DNA of 64,000 bases from Flavobacteriales bacterium. GTDB lineage: Bacteria > Bacteroidota > Bacteroidia > Flavobacteriales > UBA7312. The stretch is from positions 12,569 to 76,568 of the forward strand of contig JBMHBP010000009.1 of the NCBI GenBank assembly GCA_049890295.1, given 5' to 3'. Of the stretch, positions 56,757 through 64,000 are shown piece by piece. The translations under genes and the position numbers were made by a program. The notes below the pieces were generated by a model that saw only the letters and a program-made list of their open reading frames with translations, searched no databases and was not told where the DNA came from. Every line of letters starts with the position of its first letter. Positions within the stretch are counted from its first letter, which is position 1.

Positions 56757-57958
56757 ACGAAATTATGTATCAAGTATTGAGTAATATCTTTAGCAACTTC
56801 TTTCTTAGACTTTAACTCAAAATTAGTGATTTTATTTTCACTATTCACAATTGATATTTTGTTAGTATCTACTTGAAAACCAGCTCCTTTATCTTTTAAT
56901 GAATTGAGTACTATAAAATCTAAATTTTTAGACTGTAATTTAATTTTAGCATTTTCAACTTCATTATCTGTTTCTAATGCAAAACCTACTAGTATTTGAT
57001 GTGTTTTTATACTTCCTAAATGCTTTAAAATATCTTTAGTCGGAACTAGTTTTAAATCTAAATCTAAACTCTTTTTTTTCAATTTATATTCTGAATATTT
57101 CACAGGTGTATAATCTGAAACAGCAGCAGTCATTACAGCAATATCACAACTATCATAATGATTGATACAGGCAGTTAGCATATCCTTTGCATTTCTGACA
57201 TTAATTATATTAATGTTAGAATGTGAGAGTTGTTGGTTGCTTGGACCAGAAATTAATGTAACCATTGCACCTTGGTTTGCCATCTCTTTAGCTATGGCAT
57301 ATCCCATCTTTCCACTAGAGTTATTTCCAATAAATCTGACTGGGTCAATTTGTTCGTAGGTAGGACCAGCAGTTATCATAACTTTTTTATCAAAAAGAGG
57401 TAGCTTTTTAATATGATGATTTTGTATAAAATCAACAATATCCTCAGGCTCAGCCATTCTTCCCTTTCCCACTAATCCACTGGCTAATTCGCCATCATCA
57501 ACAGGTATGTATATATTTCCAATAGATTTGAGTTTGTCAATATTATCTTGTGTACTTTGATGCAGAAGCATATCTAAATCCATAGCAGGTGCAAAATAAA
57601 CAGGACATGGAGCAGAAAGATAGGTTGTCAATAGTAAGTTATCACATTCTGCCTGAGCCATTTTTGATATGGTCTTGGCTGTAGCAGGTGCTATGACCAT
57701 AAAATCTGCCCATTGACCTAATTCAACGTGATTATTCCAAACATCTTTATCATCTTCTTTTACTAGAGTAGACAATACCTTATTTTTTGATAAGGTTGAT
57801 AAGGTTAATGGAGTAACAAACTGTTTTGATTCGGGGGTCATGATGACTTTAACATTAGCCCCATGTTTGATAAACTCACGAACTAATGTAGCGGACTTAT
57901 AAGCCGCGATACTAGCACTAATTCCGAGCAAAATATTTTTATCTCTAAACAGAGACAT
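56753..57958 (-). CDS. coaBC: Bifunctional phosphopantothenoylcysteine decarboxylase / phosphopantothenate-cysteine ligase
   Basis: N-terminal flavoprotein region ILLGISASIAAYK. CoaB region ITAGPTYEQIDPVRFIGNNSSGKMG. Confidence 0.9.
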   Translation of the reverse strand: MSLFRDKNILLGISASIAAYKSATLVREFIKHGANVKVIMTPESKQFVTPLTLSTLSKNKVLSTLVKEDDKDVWNNHVELGQWADFMVIAPATAKTISKMAQAECDNLLLTTYLSAPCPVYFAPAMDLDMLLHQSTQDNIDKLKSIGNIYIPVDDGELASGLVGKGRMAEPEDIVDFIQNHHIKKLPLFDKKVMITAGPTYEQIDPVRFIGNNSSGKMGYAIAKEMANQGAMVTLISGPSNQQLSHSNINIINVRNAKDMLTACINHYDSCDIAVMTAAVSDYTPVKYSEYKLKKKSLDLDLKLVPTKDILKHLGSIKTHQILVGFALETDNEVENAKIKLQSKNLDFIVLNSLKDKGAGFQVDTNKISIVNSENKITNFELKSKKEVAKDITQYLIHNFV

Positions 57959-57960
57959 TA

Positions 57961-58302
57961 TTATGCCGTCTCCTCTTTATCATCAAGACTTGATGTTCTA
58001 TGGTAAATATTGTCTTCAAGAAATTCTTGTAATGCAATAAGTGTTCCTTTAGGTAATTTTTCATAGAATTTAGAAACCTCTATTTGTTCGCTATTTTCGA
58101 AAATCTCTTCAATTGATTCACTTGGAGTAGCAAATTCAGCTAGTTTTGATATTAACTCCTCTTTCATGTCTTTATTTATTTGAACAGCACGTTTGGACAT
58201 GATAGCTACAGCCTCGTATAAGTTACCTGTTTTTTCAGCAATTTGTTTAATATTTTTTGTTTCCGTAGAATTATGCGCTTTTGATTTTTTATAGTCAGTC
58301 AT
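57961..58302 (-). CDS. rpoZ: DNA-directed RNA polymerase subunit omega (long Bacteroidota form)
   Basis: NLYEAVAIMSKRAVQIN core. Position between bamD and coaBC. TAATG coupling to bamD. Confidence 0.75.
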   Translation of the reverse strand: MTDYKKSKAHNSTETKNIKQIAEKTGNLYEAVAIMSKRAVQINKDMKEELISKLAEFATPSESIEEIFENSEQIEVSKFYEKLPKGTLIALQEFLEDNIYHRTSSLDDKEETA

Positions 58303-59090
58303 TATTGAAACTTTTGAAGTTGTTTTAGTGTTTTGTCGTAAATATTTTGTGCGTCATTTAACAACTTTTCATTTGTATTGTTGTTTTTAAAGTAATTAAA
58401 TGCGGCAATTGTATTGTTAAATCTTTCCTCTTTTTTGCTTTGTATACTATTTATAGCCAGTTGATAGTTAGATTGCAAAATTAAATATAATATTTCTTGT
58501 TGATTTTCAATGGTTGGATAATCAATGATTAAATTATTTAAAGCGGTTATAGCAGCCTTATAATCTTCAATATCATGGTATAACTTAGCTATTTTAAAAG
58601 CTTTTACATGAACTTTTACAGTGAGATTATCTATCAATTCATTACATTCACTAACACGCTTACTTTCGGGGTATCTATCTATAAATGACTGAAGTTCACT
58701 AATAGCTTTGAGCGTATTAGTCTTGTCTAATGTTGAAGATGGAGACTCCAAATAATAACAATAAGCGGACATAAAAGAAAGTTCTTCAACATGCTTACTG
58801 TTTGGATAAGTTAGGGTGAATATTTTAAAATAATAACTAGCAAGCATATTTGCTCCCAGACCGTAATGTGTATAGGCTAAAAGATAATCAACTTCTTCTG
58901 CTCTATTAGTACCCTTATATAGTAAATGTAATTCATCTAGTAGAGGAAGTGCTTTAAAATACTCTGTATCATCGTAGTATTTCTTAGCCATTTCGTACTT
59001 CAATTCTACATCGTTACTTTTAAGTACTTTTTGATAACCACTACAAGATAAAAGTAGAGTTAGCGAACATATGTAAAATAATACTCTCAT
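58302..59090 (-). CDS. bamD: Outer membrane protein assembly factor BamD
   Basis: Lipoprotein signal LLLSC and TPR-like helical repeats. The size and the synteny with rpoZ are typical. Confidence 0.8.
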   Translation of the reverse strand: MRVLFYICSLTLLLSCSGYQKVLKSNDVELKYEMAKKYYDDTEYFKALPLLDELHLLYKGTNRAEEVDYLLAYTHYGLGANMLASYYFKIFTLTYPNSKHVEELSFMSAYCYYLESPSSTLDKTNTLKAISELQSFIDRYPESKRVSECNELIDNLTVKVHVKAFKIAKLYHDIEDYKAAITALNNLIIDYPTIENQQEILYLILQSNYQLAINSIQSKKEERFNNTIAAFNYFKNNNTNEKLLNDAQNIYDKTLKQLQKFQ

Positions 59091-59101
59091 TGTTGCGATT
59101 G

Positions 59102-59109
59102 CAAAGATA
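59102..59109 (-). promoter_or_regulatory. Candidate -7 promoter box TATCTTTG (minus strand) for the bamD operon
   Basis: The plus-strand sequence CAAAGATA lies 12 nt upstream of the bamD ATG, which implies a very short leader. A second match (59194-59201, TAAGTTTG) lies further upstream. Confidence 0.3.
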
Positions 59110-59215
59110 GTAATTGGAACGAATTTTAAAACACTTTAGTGAGCTTATTAAAAAATATATTCTTGTTAAATATGTACTAAATTACTAATTTAGCAAACTT
59201 AATTTTAATTAGTAG

Positions 59216-60457
59216 ATGGATCTTTTCGAAAAGATAAAAAACAATAGAGGACCTCTAGGTCAACATGCAAAAAACGCACATGGTTATTTTACTTTCCCTA
59301 AGTTAGAAGGTGAAATTTCTAACAAGATGATATTTAGAGGCAAGGAAGTTTTAGTTTGGAGTATCAACAACTATATTGGTCTATCTAACGAACCAGAAGT
59401 CAGAGAAGCAGACATGAAAGCTGCTGAAGACTGGGGCTTTGGTTATCCAATGGGATCAAGAATGATGTCTGGAAACACTAATCATCACGAAAAGTTGGAA
59501 AATATGTTATCTACCTTTATGCAAAAAGAAGATACTATACTTTTGAACTTTGGTTATCAAGGAATGGCCTCTTCTATTGACGCTCTTGTCGATCGAAAAG
59601 ATGTTATTGTTTATGATAGTGAGTGTCATGCTTGTATCATTGATGGTGTACGCTTACATCAAGGTAAACGCTTTGTTTTTCCTCATAACAATATCGAAAA
59701 TTTCCAAAAGCAATTGGAAAGAGCTCAAAAAATTGTTGATGAAACTGGCGGTGGTATTTTAGTTATTACCGAAGGTGTTTTTGGGATGTCTGGAGATCTG
59801 GGAAAAATTAATGAAATTTCTAAATTAAAAGAAAAATATCAATTCCGATTGTTCGTAGACGATGCTCATGGTTTTGGCACCATGGGTAAGACTGGCTTTG
59901 GTACTGGAGAGCATTTAGATTGTCATAAAGATATTGATGTCTATTTCGGTACTTTTGCCAAATCAATGGCTACAATTGGAGCTTTCATATCATCCACTGA
60001 AGACGTTGTTGAGTATTTGAGATACAATATGCGATCTCAAATTTTTGCTAAATCCCTTCCAATGCCGATTGTTGTTGGGGCTATTAAGCGTTTGGAACTT
60101 TTACAAAGTAAACCGGATTTAAAAAATAAACTTTGGGAAATTGCCACTCACCTTCAGTCTGGACTTCGTGAAGCCGGATTTAGTCTGGGAAACACCCAAT
60201 CTGCTGTCACACCAGTTTACCTAAGTGGGGGTGTTGGTGAAGCCACTAATTTAACTTTAGATTTAAGAGAAAATTATGGTATATTTTGTTCAATAGTAAC
60301 CTACCCAGTCGTACCAAAAGGGGTTATTTTACTCAGATTGATTCCTACAGCGGTGCACACACTAGAGGATGTTAAATATACTATTGATTCGTTTTCTGCC
60401 ATAAAAGATAAATTAGCTAATGGCGAATATATTTCTGAAGAATTGGCTAGTTTTTAA
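59216..60457 (+). CDS. PLP-dependent alpha-oxoamine synthase family enzyme (KBL/AONS/SPT-like acyltransferase)
   Basis: NNYIGLS, DDAHGFG and the PLP-lysine motif GTFAKSM. N-terminal GYFTFPKLEG segment. Confidence 0.85.
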   Translation: MDLFEKIKNNRGPLGQHAKNAHGYFTFPKLEGEISNKMIFRGKEVLVWSINNYIGLSNEPEVREADMKAAEDWGFGYPMGSRMMSGNTNHHEKLENMLSTFMQKEDTILLNFGYQGMASSIDALVDRKDVIVYDSECHACIIDGVRLHQGKRFVFPHNNIENFQKQLERAQKIVDETGGGILVITEGVFGMSGDLGKINEISKLKEKYQFRLFVDDAHGFGTMGKTGFGTGEHLDCHKDIDVYFGTFAKSMATIGAFISSTEDVVEYLRYNMRSQIFAKSLPMPIVVGAIKRLELLQSKPDLKNKLWEIATHLQSGLREAGFSLGNTQSAVTPVYLSGGVGEATNLTLDLRENYGIFCSIVTYPVVPKGVILLRLIPTAVHTLEDVKYTIDSFSAIKDKLANGEYISEELASF

Positions 60458-61331
60458 ATTTTTCCAGGTGATTACTTAGTTTATCTTCTAATAACTTTGA
60501 TCCCTTGACTAAGGGTAATCTTACTTCGTCGCTCGTAACGTTTAATAACATCAATAATTTTTTAACTCCTACAGGGTTACCCTCTTCAAATAAGGGACTT
60601 ACGAAAGGTAACAGATCATAATGAAGTTGATTGGCATTAATAATATCGTTCATTAATGCAAATTTGACCATGCTAGAAAACTCTTTTGGTATAGCTTGAC
60701 CAAGTACTGAAATAACCCCTTTTCCTCCCATTAAAATAATAGGTAGTGTTAGTTCATCATCTCCTGATAAAACCAAAAATTCGGCTGGCTTATTAGCATT
60801 GATACTCATAATTTGACTCAAATCACCACTAGCTTCTTTAATAGCTATAATATTATCAAAATCGTGGGCTAATCTCAAGGTAGTTTCAGCAGTCATGTTA
60901 CTGGCTGTTCTTCCAGGAACATTGTAAAGTATTAGTGGTAGTGGGGAAGCAGATGATATGGCCTTAAAATGTTGATATATCCCTTCTTGAGTAGGTTTGT
61001 TGTATGATGGAGAAACCGACAATATAGCATCTACTCCACTCAAGTCAAAGGTGTTGAAACTACTGATTACTGAATGCGTGTTATTACTGCCAATTCCTAA
61101 AATAATTGGCAATCGCTTAGCATTAATTTTTTTAATGTGTTCTAAAACTTGCTTTTTTTCTTCCTGCGATAGTGTCGCACTTTCGCCCGTTGTACCCATA
61201 ACAACTAAAAAGTCAACACCACCATCAATACAGTGTTCTACTAAATTTGAAAGTCCAACAAAATCAATTGATAAATCAGAATTGAATGGGGTAACTAAGG
61301 CTACGCCAGTTCCTTGTAATTTATGATGCAT
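60447..61331 (-). CDS. dapA: 4-hydroxy-tetrahydrodipicolinate synthase
   Basis: VMGTTGES and the Schiff-base Lys in IIAIKEASGD. Length 294 aa. Confidence 0.9.
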   Translation of the reverse strand: MHHKLQGTGVALVTPFNSDLSIDFVGLSNLVEHCIDGGVDFLVVMGTTGESATLSQEEKKQVLEHIKKINAKRLPIILGIGSNNTHSVISSFNTFDLSGVDAILSVSPSYNKPTQEGIYQHFKAISSASPLPLILYNVPGRTASNMTAETTLRLAHDFDNIIAIKEASGDLSQIMSINANKPAEFLVLSGDDELTLPIILMGGKGVISVLGQAIPKEFSSMVKFALMNDIINANQLHYDLLPFVSPLFEEGNPVGVKKLLMLLNVTSDEVRLPLVKGSKLLEDKLSNHLEKFKN

Positions 61332-61877
61332 TTTTTTGATTTATTAGGTTCAAATAGTGTTTCACTTCATTAATTAGAGCTGATAATGTATCTTGTTTTA
61401 CATCAATCATCATATCATAAATCGATAAATCTTGTTCGTATTTACCAACTTTAAATTTAGCTTTTGATCCGCCTGCAAGGTATTTTACTGGCACGCAGTT
61501 ACTGGTGCAAAGATTAATTAGGATATCGTAATCTTTTTCCAAGAAATTTTTGATAATATAATTTTGAGGTTTGTAATACCAGTTCAAATCTTTCAAAAAG
61601 AAAAAATCAAATTGAAGCATAGGCATGTGATGGTGTGTCAGTTCATTCTTATTAACAAATCCTAGGGCTTTAACTTCCTTTTTTCTTTGAAATAATTCAT
61701 TTGCAAATTCACTAACTAGCATCATATCGTCAATGTCAGTAGCATCGTACAATATTCCTATTGATCGAGCGGTGTTGAAATTGTGTACCTGTCGCAAACG
61801 ATTGTTATGTTTTAAATCACGCTTAAACACGAAATCACCCACTTTTTGCTTTATATTTTCGATGAACTGAATATGCA

Positions 61878-61878
<1 letters not shown>
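61321..61878 (-). CDS. Hypothetical protein (185 aa) wedged between ligA and dapA
   Basis: TAATG overlap with ligA and an 11-nt overlap with dapA. No motif was recognised. Confidence 0.6.
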
Positions 61879-63869
<1,991 letters not shown>

Positions 63870-63881
63870 TTAGACCGAAAT

Positions 63882-63998
63882 TTACAATTTCTTTTGAGCT
63901 TTTACCATTCTATTTTTACCTTGCATATCCCTTTTTATCAAGACTTTTGAAAATCCATAATTCTCTAGTAAAATTTGAATTTCTGCAGCTTTTTGTTC
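63882..63998 (-). CDS. 3' end of an unidentified ORF running off the window edge
   Basis: The minus-strand frame is open for 38 codons to the window end (...AEIQILLENYGFSKVLIKRDMQGKNRMVKAQKKL, stop at 63882-63884). It ends 12 nt upstream of the ligA start. The fragment is too short to identify. Confidence 0.3.
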   Translation of the reverse strand, partial: EQKAAEIQILLENYGFSKVLIKRDMQGKNRMVKAQKKL

Positions 63999-64000
63999 AT

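Noticed and set aside
59194-59201. A second minus-strand TAnnTTTG match (TAAGTTTG) about 100 nt upstream of bamD, as a promoter
   Set aside because: It cannot be distinguished from chance occurrence in AT-rich DNA and competes with the closer match at 59102-59109. It was not listed as a feature.

Overview
The window looks like a chromosomal segment from a visibly AT-rich member of Bacteroidota, most likely class Flavobacteriia. The basis is a T9SS C-terminal sorting domain, TAnnTTTG -7 promoter boxes, a long Bacteroidota-type RpoZ, and bamD-rpoZ-coaBC-DUF4835-recN synteny. I support about 53 protein-coding genes and found no rRNA, tRNA, CRISPR array, transposase or integrase. Gene packing is extreme: there are many ATGA and TAATG stop/start overlaps, and five convergent gene pairs have zero or negative spacing. 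Most of the content is housekeeping: parE-parC, gyrA, clpC, ligA, recN, purA, relA/spoT, fur, fabI, dapA, coaBC, rpoZ, bamD, yaaA, a DEAD-box helicase, an ABC-F ATPase and LptD/OstA-like envelope proteins. The one clear accessory island is a Wza/Wzc/Wzy-type polysaccharide locus at about 7.1-16.6 kb. The four candidates most worth a second look are listed here. (1) A Crp/Fnr regulator lies divergent from an operon of a small membrane protein and a group III truncated globin, with a perfect palindrome made of two back-to-back -7 boxes (41.7-43.1 kb). (2) A membrane-anchored, split HdrD/DsrK/GlpC-like Fe-S oxidoreductase is interrupted by a small HAD-like phosphatase gene (21.8-24.8 kb). (3) A 475-bp ORF-free, very AT-rich spacer precedes a 66-aa ORF with a textbook terminator, just upstream of the DEAD-box helicase (37.4-38.1 kb). 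(4) The polysaccharide locus lacks a recognisable flippase, priming transferase and phosphatase, and carries a TagF-like orphan. None of these is proven novel. All family calls rest on motifs read by eye, and no database search or computation was run.
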